Shown here: positions 22,074-35,740 of the stretch, piece after piece | Layout: the number at the start of each line of letters is the position of its first letter | Position numbering within the stretch: position 1 is the stretch's first letter | Made by a program: the position numbers and the translations under genes | The notes under the pieces: generated by a model | Told to the model about the DNA's origin: nothing | Database searches by the model: none | What the model saw: the letters and a program-made list of their open reading frames with translations, nothing else | Source of the DNA: Phyllosticta citribraziliensis | Taxonomy: Eukaryota | DNA length: 64,000 bases | Direction: 5' to 3' | NCBI RefSeq assembly: GCF_038025025.1 | Contig: NW_027117351.1 | Span: forward strand, 434,001-498,000

Positions 22074-23998
22074 TGGCCAGGTTTCTTGAATTTCTGATAA
22101 TGTGAATCGCAAAGACAGGGAGAGACTTGAGGTGCAGTTGGGAAACGAACGCGAAAGCCACCAAACTGCCCAAGGCAATATTAATACGAGCCTAAACTAT
22201 CATCATTATGAGATAGCGGGAGTGGGGTTGACCATCCCGCGCCGACGCGACCCGTGTCGAGGTCTGTGAGATAGGTGTGGAGACGGCATCCCGCTTTCTC
22301 GTGAGGTCCCGATCTCAACACCAAACAAACAACAACCATCGGCTCGCAATTCCGTCTCCCGCAACTTTTCTGGTCTGAAGAGGGCATGCTGCATCGTGGT
22401 TTGTCGTGGCCGATGAATCGCGCCAACGCACAGGAATGGAAAGAAGAATCGACGAACACCGAGGCTGTATCCACTCGCGCTGTTCCGCGTGACAGACGAG
22501 CGGAAGCTAGGACGCAGCGCAAGAGCAAGGCAACACTTGAATTCCCCCATCGTCGTCTGTCGCTCGACACCAGCGCTGCTGCGAAACACGGCTCGAGGGT
22601 GAGAAGCCTTCACGTCGTCCTCGGTAAACCGGAATACGAAAATTTGACCTGCGTCGCCAACACGTCGAACCACGTGGACAACGAAAAGGTGACGCGTCGA
22701 AGTAGTCAAAACAGACGAGTGACAGAAGAATCCGTATGACCGCCAAAGCAGCGACCGGATGGGTTCCTGAAGGCGCAATGCTGTCGCGTTGGGCCGAGGA
22801 CGTTGTGCAACACCAATACCTGCTGTTGGCTGCGTTGCGTGCGTACTCCTACTCCAACCACAAAAGCGTAGCTCCCATTAGCCGCGGCGGCACACGGGCA
22901 GTCGACCATGGCTCAGCGGAGGAGGGCTGTGCCAGGTAACCGGCTAAGCCTGCTTTCCAACCGCCCGCCTGCGAGCAGAGTAGGACGACGGCGGCGACGA
23001 CAGTGGCGACGTGGACATGACTTTCTAGCTGTAAGGAGTGAGGCAGTCGTCGTGGGCTCGACGCAGCCAAGCTCAAAACAGTAAGGCAACGGGGGGGCCA
23101 CGCTGACAGCCACTAGCGTTCCTGGAATGCCGTAGCTCGCGGGCTGGCCAGACCGGCCCGGACGTACAATCAGGCCATGTACACACAGAACGGACGCAGT
23201 TGTGCGGTTTCACATGTCATGCTGGATGACAGAGAGGTTGCTGACTGCTATAGGCATTTTGGTGGTGGGAAAAGCACGGGGATTTCGCTGTGTGGCCTTG
23301 CCAACGGGCCCGGTGTTTGAAAGCCTCGAAGTTGTACAGCACGCACATTCCTCAGCGTTCCCCCTGGAAATTTTACAATGGCGTTTCATGTGCGGCCGTT
23401 CTCGCTGGCTGGCTGGCCGGCTGTGCTGTGACTAGGTGAGTGAATACTTGGACAAGGCCGAGCGCAAACATGGTGTGGATTGAGAGCTGGATCGAGCAAT
23501 CTGGGCCCTTTGACCTCTCCCTACGCCGAACAGCGCTTGGAATGTTTCAGCTTGGTCGGCAGGATCTCCTATTACCCTTTTCGGTTGGACTGGTCAGCTT
23601 AAAGTACATGACCTTCCTTGGTCTATCTTTTACTTCCCCTTCTCCGTCCTTCTTTTTCTTCTACCGGCATCACGACTCTACAAGGAAAGAAAGAGAAAAA
23701 AAGTCAAAAGACCAACCAAACTCAGCCAACCCTCGTTGAAGCGTCAGACGCTACATCTCCTACTCAGCCCTATCAGACATCCCAGCAGCGTAGGTGCCTG
23801 TCAAATCCGTCGACAGCTCCCATGCTGATGAGCTGTGCTGTATCAGGCTTGTTTCCACGGCCCACACCAAACCCAAAACACTAAAGGCCCCAACACCCAA
23901 TCCACCAAACGCGCTCGCCATCATAGCGGCCTCTCTGCTCTTCTCTCTCCTCCCAAGGCAGGTCCTCAAGGAGACGACGAATCGACCAGCACCCGACC

Positions 23999-24406
23999 AT
24001 GTGCTACAACACGATCCGGCACGCATGCGGGTCACGCATCCGCCGCCAGTCGCTGTCCTGCTCGTGCGGCACCAACGGCGGCGACCGCGAGTGCAGTCTG
24101 CGCTGCGGGACATGCCATCAATGCGGTCACGCTGCCGGCGGCGTCGCCCCCATGACGCGAATCACGACCAACACTGCCGCGACTGAAACGTCCAAACCGG
24201 ACCCTGACGACGCTTCTGCGTCTGACGCCGCCGGATCGGCTTCCACCACGGCGACGACTAGCCCCACTGCCTCGTCGCCTACTGCTGCTGCTACTGGGAT
24301 GCCCAAGCTCTTCCCGGTCTCGGGTGTAGCGGCGGCCGCAGCGGCAATGGCATCGTCGGGGCCCGCGAAGGTTAGGAGTGCCGACGCCCGGTACAGCTAT
24401 CCCTGA
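23999..24406 (+). CDS. Small hypothetical protein with Cys/His-rich N-terminus
   Basis: ACCATG context; MCYNTIRHACG..SCSCG..CSLRCGTCHQCGH followed by an Ala/Ser/Thr-rich tail. Confidence 0.5.
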   Translation: MCYNTIRHACGSRIRRQSLSCSCGTNGGDRECSLRCGTCHQCGHAAGGVAPMTRITTNTAATETSKPDPDDASASDAAGSASTTATTSPTASSPTAAATGMPKLFPVSGVAAAAAAMASSGPAKVRSADARYSYP

Positions 24407-24527
24407 GGGATGTGCTGCCGCCGTGTGCTGTGAGCGTCGTTGCATGGAGTAGCTTGCTCTCCGCAAAACTCTTCGATTCGATGCACCAACTTAACTTCTT
24501 TGAGCGAGCTCAAGACTTTTCACTATC

Positions 24528-24575
24528 TCTCGTTCTACTTCTCGTTCTACTTCTCGTTCTCCTTCTCGTTCTCCT
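24528..24575. repeat. 12-bp tandem repeat (TCTCGTTCTMCT)x4
   Basis: Directly visible in the sequence. Confidence 0.8.
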
Positions 24576-26682
24576 TCTTTTTAGAAATTATTTCGTCGGT
24601 TCTCCTCCCTGACTCCTGTATCTCCTTTCCTCATCATCCCCGAAGTCTTCACGACAGAATGAGTACAAGCATGAGCATCACGTTTTACGCCTCCACGATT
24701 TTATTTTTTGTTACGCTGAAGAGCTCAGCCAGCCTGTTACAGCCAGTCGTCGCAGCCAGCTGCAGACGACCGAGCAAGTGCGCTGCGCCTGGGCCCCGAG
24801 CGAGAACGAGAGACGAGAGATACCAGACGGACGGCCAGAGAGGCGCATATGTGTTCAAGACACTGCGACCCAGAGCCAGGCAGGAGCCGAAAAAGAGATA
24901 CCAGATTGCTCGAGCTACGATGGGCTGAGTTGTTCGGCCAGACGCGCAAGAGGCAGCCCACTTGCGGTGCTTAGATTAGATCGAATCGCACCAGAAAGAA
25001 TGCAGACATAGCAATTTCTAATCGTTCATGCAAACAGTGCTGTCGAGTTTACAGTGAACACGCGCAAAGCATATGACTTACAAAGCTCTCGTGGAACTTT
25101 CCTCACGTCTCTCCCCCGCCCCGCCCAGTCCCCACCCCAATACTCTCGCTCATCGTCCTCCTCCTTTACCCTCACCCTCACCCTTCCACTTCCCCAACAT
25201 CGACGATGCCGTCACCCCGTCCGTCCACAATATCATGGACCCTGACGCCCCATCTTGACGCCCCATCCATCGCCTCATACGCCTCCAACGCCTCTGACGC
25301 CGCATCGCCACCACCACAACGCCGCCGCCATCAAACTGCCGCACCGCCGCCGCAGACGCCACAGCAACTGTAAATCGCCGCAAGGAATGTGGCGGATGTG
25401 GTGGTCATCAGCCACGTCTGCCGTTTGCCGCGATGACGATATGCTGTGCTCTGCTAAGTAGGTGGGATTGGAGGTGGGAGATCGGAGTGGTGGGAGAGTA
25501 GCATCCACACGCTCCAACTTGTGGATGCTACATCTGTATGGCATGCCTTGAGTGCCTCGCAAAGAAGTAACTGCGAGCCCGTAGACCACCATGGTTGCAG
25601 GTTGGTTGGTTGTGCGCATGCCAGGCGTGCCCAAAAATGGTGGCAGTAGCTGTGTATGCAGAGGCAAGACGGTACCTTGGGGGTGTAGACGTGTGGATCA
25701 TGGGGTGGATGATGCATGTTCTTGAAGAGCGCGCCGCGTATTGCTACATGTCTGTATATCACCCAAAACACAAGCGTGCTGGACGGGCGAGCTGGAGATC
25801 AGACAGCGTGGCCACGACGAGCTCTACTGGAGGTGATTGGGAAAAGATGGCGCCTTTTAGGGCACGCATGTAGAGCAGGGAGAGGAATGAACGATGAATT
25901 GAACAGCAGTAACAAAAAAACAGGGATCCTCCACAAATACCCAAGGCCATTCCCATACGCACCAAACAACCACCCCAGCCCACGCATAGCACACAATTCA
26001 TTCAATCATTCAACACAACCAGCGCTCATTCATTCATTTGGTATAAAGTTATAAAGCAGACTCGCCCGAGCCCAAAAAGCAGCACCTCGCCGAGTCAAAA
26101 AAGTTCCTCCAAAGCCTGCATGCATGCAAGGCAGCAGACGCGAAAGCAACGAGACCGCCCAACCAAACGACAAGCAAGATACCACCAACGCCAATCAAAA
26201 ACAGAGCTGGCGGGCTCTCGCACAGGAAGGGGGGGAAGGGGGCATTATGAGCAAGAAAGTAAACATCATCCGTCGCCGAGCGCAGCATCCAAGTTTTCGT
26301 CCCGCAGTCTGCATTACATACAACGCTCGCTTGTTTATAAAGATCCAAAGAACGGTGGGAGCATGCTGCCATGTTTGAGTGACAGCGTCAAAAGAGAAGC
26401 CATGAGACGATGCGACCGGCCCGGTAAAACGGACGGGTGGACTGACGCGCCGATGGTGCGATGGCTGCTGCGTGCCAGACGCACTCACCACGCACCCTCT
26501 GTTTCGAAACGGGAGCCATCAACAAGCGCAAGAATTGGCCAAGGCGCGCCGGCACGTCTGACAGGGCAGTCGGTGCGTGGAGCAAGAACGCTCCCAGCGC
26601 AGGCAGAGACGTGTATGCGTGCTTTTTGTTTTGCGTGTGCGTTTTTTCGTTTCCGCTTTGTCGTTTACGTTGTATGCTTACC

Positions 26683-28586
26683 TTAGCGGCGCCTTCTGCG
26701 CCTAAGCTCCCACGCGCCGGTGGCGTCTACGTCGTCCTCCTCTTCCTTGCGGTCGTCATCGTCGTCGTCGTCGACGTCGTCGTTGTCGCTGTCGTCTTCG
26801 CGATCCTCCGTCCTGCTCTCGAATCCCCAGTCCAACGGGCCCTCGACGTCAAGCTCCTCTATCGTGCTGACCTTGGCTAGCGTTGGGCCCGTCTGCGCGA
26901 TGCCCTCCTTTTGCGGCGGCGGCGTGGCTGCGGATTCGCCGTCATCCGACTGCAGACCCAGCTCACCCAAGAAGAAGCGGCCGAGGTAGAGCACGGCATC
27001 GAGAATTTCCTTGCCGGTGGGAACAATGTGCTCCTTGGGCAGCAAAAAGCCATAGCTCCCCGTGTCCCGCAGCTTGATCTGGTAGCTGTAGCGCACGCCG
27101 AGCTCGTGGTAAAAGTAGTCGAGCGCCGCGCCGCCGCCCGTTTCGATGCGCGGCAACACCGTTGGCGCGCCGTTTGGCGTTGTCGCCGCGACGACGTTAC
27201 CCCGACACGCGGACTCGGATTTGTACACGTGCCCAGTCTTACTGATGCGAATAGCTTTGGCGAGGCCCATGCCAACTTCCTCGAGGTTTTCTAGAGTTGG
27301 CGGCGTGGCGTCACACGAGTAGCTGTATGGGTACAATACTTGTTGCGAATACGAGTGCAGATCCAGGAATGCGACGAACTCGACATTGTTGTCGGAGGTT
27401 TGATTCCTGGCCCACTCGGCGAAACGCTTTGACTCGACACCCTCGAAAGGAGTCTCTCCAGCATAAGACTCGGAGCATGGGTTTCCGCGCGTGGCATCCG
27501 CGTCCCAGTGAAACGGATACGAGCGGTCGAGGTCGATTCCGCGGCAAAAGCGGAGAGATGTCGGCTGACGGTTCTTTCTCCAGAGGCGATCCGTCTCCCA
27601 GGTGTAAACATAGCCGTCTGGGTTCAGCGTCGGGATGAAGATCCAGTCGTACGCTTCGAGGAGGGCGGTCGTCAGGGACGATTTTCCGTAGCTGGTGATT
27701 AGGCTGTAGGCCAGATAGTTGACCGTGGTGGTGCTGATCCATTCCCGAGCGTGGATGCCGCCAGAGACGAGAATGGTTTTGCGCGGAGCCGCATTGCTGG
27801 CCGTGTCCTTGTTGTTGGGGTGGACGCCAACGCGCAGAGCTGGGATGTCACGGCCTTCGTAGGTTATGCCAACGTTGATGAGCCGCACGTGGGTGGTAAA
27901 GAGCGATTCCATGAGCTTCATCCAAGGAGTAATGACGGAAAGCGGCTGGTAGTCGCGGAAAAAAAGGTTGGTCTGAGCATTCTGGGTGGAGCGGACCTCG
28001 TGCGAAAAGGGCTCGCGAGAGGGGATGGCGGAAGGGTCGGTTGCAGGGTAAGAGTCGAAGATTGCTTGGGCGAGGTCGTGGTCGCGCATCAATGGGGCAT
28101 GGGCGTCTTGGAGAGAGGGCGGGAGGAGTCCGAGCAACGAGGGCACCTGAAGAATTCCGATTGTGAGCAAATGCGCGACGGACGCATGTGGACCAGACTC
28201 ACAACGTCCTTGGCGACGCGAATGTCGACCCAGTTGTCATTGAACTCCCACACGTCGAGGAACAAGGTCGCCGAGGCATCGGCAAGCTTGCGGGCCTCGT
28301 ACTCGGTGGTTAGGTTGAACCTAAGCACCATGTCGTCGCCATAGCGTGCTAGGACCTTGGGCGGCGGGGCGACTCGACCCTTGGACGGCTTCGATGGGGT
28401 GCCAGTGTTGAGCGGCTCCGAGGTCCGCCAGAGCGATTGGATGACGAAATCGGACAGTTTGCGCCATGGCGGGCGGGCGTCGCGGGGCTCAGAGGGCGAG
28501 TAGGAATAGCGGTCGTAGTGCTGGGGACTTGCGAGAGCGAGAGAGTTGACGGCGAGGGCGAGGGCTGCGTATGTGGTGGCACGCAT
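26683..28586 (-). CDS. ECM14: Ecm14-type M14 metallocarboxypeptidase (probable pseudoenzyme)
   Basis: Signal peptide [13 protein letters not shown] and prodomain, intron ~28149-28201, HAREW, NPDGY, WRKNR, LDLHSY. YQIKLRD has Lys at the catalytic Glu position. Confidence 0.9.
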
Positions 28587-29306
28587 GATGATGTCGGGTG
28601 GAGGAGTGCGACGACGAGGACATGAGAGTGCCGGTGGGTGTTGACGTTGACTGATGAAGCTCTGACATGACTGAGCAACAGAACTGGGGCCAAGCACCAC
28701 TACAGGTACCCAAAAGTCACTCGCGGTATAAGCTGATGTGGTCTTCGGGTGCAACGCTGCCCGAGAGGCGGAATCGCTTTAGCGGATGCTGATGCTGATG
28801 AATTGCTAATGCTAATGTATCTGCCGTCTCGACTGGACTGTACATGCTACTCGCTCCCTTCCCTTCCCTTCCCTTCCCTTTCCTCTCCTCTACCTCACCA
28901 TACATACACCCACCTCCCGCCCAACTCGACACTCTCTGCTACATCCCGTACACCGTACACACTCGTCGTCCACCGCCGTCGCTCGTTGGGTCAACAGCCT
29001 CACTCCGCCTGTCCCGACTCCGACTCCGACTCGCGACCACGCGCTCCCCTGCCCCCGCTGTTCCGCTCCTGGTTCTGCCCCCCTGAAGCGCTGGCCGCGT
29101 TGCATCACCGACTCAGCACTCAGCCTTACGGGGCCCACAGCCTGGCTTGACAGATCCCAATTCGCACGCGGTCCCCTGGTTTCGCACCTCACTCCTCGTC
29201 GACAATCCGCCTCCTCGACACTACCCGCCGCCTCCGCACTCGTCGTGCTACCGTGCCAATGCCGCCGACCTGACCCTGCGACCCTCCATCCTCTGCCGCC
29301 ATCGCC

Positions 29307-32300
29307 ATGCCGCTGCGAGGCCTACGCCCGGGCAAGAGCGAAAAGGACCTCAAGCGCCGCAGTACCCTCGACCCAGCTTCTCTCTTCAAACGCTCCGACC
29401 CCGCCTCGCGCATCCACTCGGCCGAAAACCTCCCCTCGTCTGATCGTGGCATCAAGTCCAGCGATGGCATCCGCCCTGCCCTCCACCCGCGCCCTTCGCT
29501 GCCCGAAGGCGAAGTCCAACGCCCCATTTCGCCGCCTGTCCAGGACCACAACCCCATGACGCGCCGCTTCAGCATGCTGAGGTCTCGCCATGCCTCAGAC
29601 CCGCAATTGCGCCAAAAGGCCAAAGACCACAAGGCCGCTGCACAAGCTACCGACGTCCCCCCGGTTCCCCCGGTCCCTCCCTTGCCAGCAGGTATGCCAG
29701 CGCGTGCTAGCCACATGGAAACAAACTAACAGCCTTGTCCTCAACAGCTCCGGCAATCATCACCACCGCACCCACCGTGGACATGAATCCGGATCCTCCG
29801 CCCAAGAAGAAGACCAAGTTCCCCACGTTCAAATCGCGCCTATCGACCTTCGACGTCATACCTGGCGCGTCTCCGCGAAAGTCGCTCGAGCGCAAACGCA
29901 GTGCCGAGTTTGCTCGCGGCGAACAACACCACTCACGACCCAGCCACGATGATCCGCGAAGGCTATCGACTTCGAGGGCCCGAGATGCTCCTGCAACGAA
30001 TGGCGACGACACACACGCTGGAAAGGGGACCGGGTCTGCGGGCAGGCTGTCGGACTCGTCGCGTTCTGACGGGAGCTACGGAGACCATGGCCCATTCGGA
30101 TTTGGCAAAAGACCACAGCTGACCTCGACGTCGAGCATCTTCAGATTACCAAGAAGAAACAAGGACCAAAATCGGAAGTCTCTTTTCCCGCTGCCAGTCA
30201 AGATTCCCGCGCCGCCCGAGTTTCCGGACACTGCCCCTGCGACTCCGCGCGCATCCACAAGCGGCGCTAGCTATCGATCTCTGCACCACTCTCCCAACGG
30301 GACGTACAGCCCTCCATTGACCGCCGTGCATCGATCCAACACTGATGGGAGCGCTCATCCCGGCCAATCCCCTTCGCATTCCGCGCTCGCTTCTGTGGTC
30401 AATGCCAGCGAACAAACGCTGAATCGTAATGATTCGACCACGTCAGCGCGCTCTGCCAGGTCGTCACCTTCATTGGCCCCACCTGCGCGATTGAATCGTC
30501 GTGGACGTTCGTCGACAATGGGGTCGCTAGGAGGTAAGTCTGATGGGGACGACTCTCCCACGCCGCCATTGGGCCAGACCGGACGAAGTTCTACGTCTAC
30601 CACCGGGCGCACTAGCTTCAGCAACCTCTTCAGTCTTGGCAAACTTCGACACAACACCGAACCACACTCACCACGCCATGGATCACCAGGTCATCACGGT
30701 CCCTCCGGAAGAGGTTCTCACTCGACGTCCCTCAATATCAGCCGAGAAGCCCTGGATATCCCCCCTCGCGAAGAAGGCGAAGCGCCAGGAAGATATCTCG
30801 AACGCCTCGAACAGCGGATAGATCGAAGTTTGATAGCTGCCATCATGGCCCAGAGTGGAGACGAATTCTCGTCTGCGGTTCTGCGCAGCTATATGCGGAG
30901 ATTCATGTTCTTCGGGGACCCCATTGACATGGCACTGAGAAAACTCCTCATGGAAGTGACGTTGCCAAAGGAAACGCAGCAAATTGACAGGGTGCTTCAA
31001 GGATTTGCTGACAGATATCACGAATGCAACCCTGGCATCTTCGTCTCTCCGGGTAAGCTTCAGTGCAGCAATTCATTGAGCATTGCTAACCTACTATGCG
31101 CAGAGGAGGCATATTTCATCTCGTTTTCGATCGTCCTCCTCAACTCAGACTTTTTCAACCCAAATAACAAGCGCAAGATGCAAAAGCTCGACTACATCAA
31201 GAATTGCAACGGTTCAAACGCTTCCGAAGTCAACGAGGACGTCCTTGCCACGCTATACGACAACATTGTTTACACCCAATTTATTCACATTGATGACGAG
31301 GTCGACCTACGGAGCTTGGCGACGCGGAGAAACAAGAAAAATCTTATCAAGCACGCAGTTCAAGACCCGGTCAAAAAGGCGCAAAAAGAACCAATTGATC
31401 CATACACGCTCATCTTCGAAAACAAGTTAGACGTGTTGCGACCACCCATCAAGGACGTCATGCAGTTCGAAGATCCCTACAGTTACCGGGGGACAGCTCA
31501 GACGTTGGACCTCAAAATGCTTCACAGGACCTTTGCAAGATATGGCGTTATTCAAATCATGTCGGCCAGATCACGGCCCGATGCCTTTATGTCACCGACA
31601 ACGATTGAAAATCCGGACGGAGCTCAGGCTGGTGTCGTAGAGATGCCAGTCACAAAAGTCGGCATTCTGTGGCGAAAAGACACGAAGAGGAGAGCAGCAA
31701 GGTCACCATGGCAAGAATGGGGAGCCGTCCTGACAAGATCCGGTCTTTCATTTTTCAAAAACGCAGCATGGGCAAAGAGTTTGATCCACCAGCACGAGGC
31801 GCACGAGCAAAAGAGCCAAGGCGGTGCTCCCGTCATCTTCAAGCCGCCCGTTCCCGAGTTCAAGGCCGATTTTGCCATCCCGATGGACCAGTGTGTAGCC
31901 GCCCTCGACAATAGTTACAGGAAGCACAAGCACGCTTTCGCCATCTTCGCTAAGGGCGGGGCGGAGGAGGTCTTTTTGGCTGACAACGAGGCGGAGATGA
32001 ATGACTGGCTGGCGAAACTAAACTACACGGCAGCTTTTGAAACAGCTGGGATCCGGCCGCGAGTGCTGACTGGTAGCAACTACGAAGGACAAAGGGCGCG
32101 AGCAATCCGCTCGTCTCATTCGTCAATAGGCCTGCAGACACCCACAGGAGACGTTACTATTACGAGCGGGAAGATTGATAACCAGTTCGCACAAGAGATT
32201 GCCAAAGCAAGGAGAGTCAACATCCAACGCAAGGTCGAAGAAACGGAAGACAAGCTAGGAGCAGCAGTGAAGCAACTCGACAACCGTCTCCGAGACGCGC

Positions 32301-33718
32301 GGCACCTGCAGGTCATGGCACCCATTCAGCCAAGGACGAGGGAACATGTCATGCATGCCGCTAGCAAAATGTCGGCGAAGCTCAAGTGGATCCGCATCGA
32401 GATTTGTCGCATGAAGGCACATCGGGACATATTGATCATGGACTTGGACGAAGAGAAGCGGTCTGCGGGAGAACCTGCACCTCAGGAAGTCGTTCCTGCA
32501 GCGCCAAACTCGTCTGGCTCGTCACCGACAATACAAGGCCCGAAACCAATACAAACCGGACTCAAACGGCTTGGCTCCAGAGCAAGTGCCTCGACAACTA
32601 GACCGATTTCGCCTTCGAATTTGCGCCCCGGCACTGCTGGATCGGAGCAAAACGACGACGATGTCTTCACCACGCCTCCAGAAACATCTCAAAATAGCTC
32701 AGGCTTCCCGCAGAACGGGTGGGGAATCCCAGCCATAAGCCTCGACGTTCCCCCTGCAGACCAGACCAACGGCCTCGAGCACCGACCATCTGTTTCCACA
32801 ATTGATGATGAGCGATCAGAGCTGTCGTCAGATACGGGGTCAAGGCATCGCCGCCCCAGTACATCCGATGCCGATAAGCACGGCTTGGATGGTGCTAGAC
32901 CGTCGACTCCGAACCCCAACGCCGAAACTCCCCAGAGACCCACTACTTCTGGCACACCCGAGTCTCGCAACAAAGTGCGCCGATCTCTTCACCGGACGCT
33001 CCGCGACACGCACAGTAGCTCGAACACTCCCGGCCACCGGCGGTCTGGCAAAGGCAAAGACTCTTCTTCCACCATCATGTCTGACGACACGTCGGCCACC
33101 TCACCCACTTCCCCCGAAGTCCTCCCTCGCGCGCACCACTCGTTTACAGTCCATGGGAAAAAGGCCTCAGTCGTTACGTTTGGGGCTGAGTGGCAGAATT
33201 TGTCTGCCGAAGAACGCCTCAAGCTGCGGAAAGCCACGCTGGAAGACGGTACGATGAGCGGTGGTAGCGGACGGGCCGTTGGCTCCGAAGGGCGAAGCGG
33301 AAGCAGCGGGACGGGCTTCCGCCAGCGTGCTGCCAGCACCAACTCAGCTGCCGACACCATCCGCAACCAGCTCGTCCGAGAACGCAGTCTGAGCGAAACC
33401 ATGGCCGAAGCCGACGCTCCCGCAGGTGTGGCGATCAAGCCATTGCCGTCGGACATTAGGTGGAACGAGGACGCCGTCTCAAAAGGCATGACGGACTCGG
33501 GCATGGGTGGCGAAGAGGATAGTCTCAGTCCGACAGCGACAGCGGACTCTGTCAAAGAGCGAAAAAGACGCGAGAAGGAGTGGGAGAGGGCAATTGAGGC
33601 GAGCGGAGACGAAGACGAGGATGAAGATTGCGGCAGGCCTGGGTGTCACGATCCCAAGGCAGAGCAGAATCAGCAGCAGAGCCAGGCACCTCAGGTCGTT
33701 CTTGCTGGCGAGGCGTAG
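29307..33718 (+). CDS. Sec7 + PH domain Arf guanine-nucleotide exchange factor (Syt1-like)
   Basis: Sec7 motif ALRKLL..V.LPKETQQIDRVL..FA.RY..CNP, LLNSDFFN; PH domain GILWRK...WQEWGAVLT...EMNDWLAKLN. Introns 29692-29747 and ~31053-31103. Confidence 0.9.
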
Positions 33719-33861
33719 CGTGTCGATTGCTCGTGCTATTTCGGCGCTCTGGCCAAATTCTTTCTTTTGTGCTTTGGGGATTTTTCCACGGCAGGCGTTT
33801 TGATTTTTCTCTCTTGGTCGTATTATCATTCCCCTTTGTTGCTCATCTCTACTGTCTAGGC

Positions 33862-33885
33862 TTTTTTTTTTTTTTTTTTTTTTTT
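33862..33885. repeat. Poly-T tract in the 3' region of the Arf-GEF gene
   Basis: About 24 consecutive T. Confidence 0.85.
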
Positions 33886-35740
33886 CATTACCTTCGGCTC
33901 TCCCTCTACTCAAACGTCGTCTGATGCTGCTGGCTTTCTTTTGTCGTCGGATTGGTTGGACCGGGATGGACTGGACTGGTTGGGGCGGAACTGATTGCCC
34001 GAATTGGGGCCCTCTCTTACACGTCTCTTGTCTTTTATTCGCGCGCAGAGGGCACTGGAAGCATTGCTGGCTTTGTTGCCAGCCGGGTTGGACGCGACGG
34101 GGGGCTGGGATCAAGATACCTGGAAGCAGCGTGGTTGGTGGTTGGGGGGTTTTTAGGCTTTCTCTTTTGATTCTTTTGATGGCTTCACAAGGGGGAGGAG
34201 GAGTGGTTTAGCAGGCCAGGCGGTGACTGGCACTCTCTTTTTCCGTCGTCCACCTACCTACTGGTGCTACTACGTTTTATACCTTACTCTTGAGTAGATG
34301 GAGTCTGCTTCTATTGTCTCAGATTGGCTCGGCATTTGATGGTGATGAATGCGAAGGTAGAATAGCTGGTTGTAGACTCGTCGTTGTCGTCGGGAGAGAT
34401 CGGGCCAGAGGAAGCAGAAAAGGCCAAGGCGGCGGATGCGGGGCAGCTCAAGCCCAGGAAGCCCGCCTCAGATCCGGGGACAGCGTCCGTGCATTTTCCT
34501 CACAACAGCCAGACGTCATCTTCACATGTCGACCTCACTGCACTCGTTCAACCGTCAGGGCGTCAACATTCTTCCTCCATTCGTCTCTGCATCGCCGAGA
34601 AGAGCCCATTGCCATGCTGCTCTGCCACCACCGAGTCAGACGACACCTCTTTGCTCACGAGCCACGAACTTGCGGCTTGGGCGTTGAGCCGGCAGACATG
34701 GCTTTTCGGGAAGACGGACGGAGCCGGCAGTAGTGCTTCAGTTCCGTCTGGGATGCTTCTCGGTCAGGTCCATGTGGGGACCAAGGACCTGATGAATCAC
34801 TGATTGACATCCGCTCGTCCATTTGACTCAACATGGTGGACAGAGTCGAGCGTCGACTGCGTTGGTGGAGTCAGGTCAAGCTCCCGCTGAAGACCTCTCC
34901 TTTGCCGAACGCAGCTCCATTGCTGTTTAGCTCGATCCGTCGTCCGTCAATTCACCATCCAACCAACCACCATCTCGACGTCCCGCAGGTGTATCAGGTT
35001 AGGCTTGGTCTTGGTATGGCCCAGGACCACGCCCATCCCAGCACGCGCGCGTGCCCACGCTCGCCGAGGCCGACCGAGGCTCTTCGTCCCCCTCCAACCT
35101 ACCCACCCGCCCAGCCAGAAGCGGCGCTGCCGCGCTCTGCCCTGGGATTGGCGCGCTCGGTCTAAGGGTAAGGTTTGAGAGGACCTGACCTGGCTGGCTC
35201 AGAGCCTCGCGCGTCCCCCGGCCGGCCGGCTACTCCCTCAGCCCAGCTCTCTTGTCGGCCGTCCGTTTTTTTCGGCTTGCTTCCCATGGTCGAGGGGCTG
35301 AGGCTGACACTTCTGCAACTCCTTTTCTCTGTTTAGTACTTTTCGTCCCTGTTACTCTTCTTCAACAACGCTCACTCTCGCCGGGAGAAGCTTTCCTGTT
35401 GCGCTGCTTGTTTGAATCGACGGCTAAGACCAAAGTATACCGCCCCACGTACCTTAACCGTGCCAAGCTCTAGCTTGTGATCCTACGCGCGACCTACCTA
35501 CCGAGCCAAGGGGGGGAGCAGGAAACAAAGAGCACTCGAGCCCAAGCGAGCATTCTGGAAAGAGAATCGCAAACCGCAAAAGCTTTCTACGGCGGTCTTC
35601 GAACATTATCCTGGTGTCGAGCACGACGAGCGCGTCAGCCTAGCATCTGCGGCTAGCAAGCAACCCACTTACTTCCTCACCGCGCGGAGCACGACCAAGG
35701 CCATATCAAGGAGGCTGTCTGGCATACGCGACTGGCAAAC

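Noticed and set aside
21106..28586. Possible secondary-metabolite cluster around the SDR
   Set aside because: No backbone synthase, tailoring enzyme set or cluster transcription factor lies nearby.
34290..35473. Short ORFs between the Arf-GEF and SFC1
   Set aside because: There is no coding bias or motif; more likely UTR and promoter DNA.
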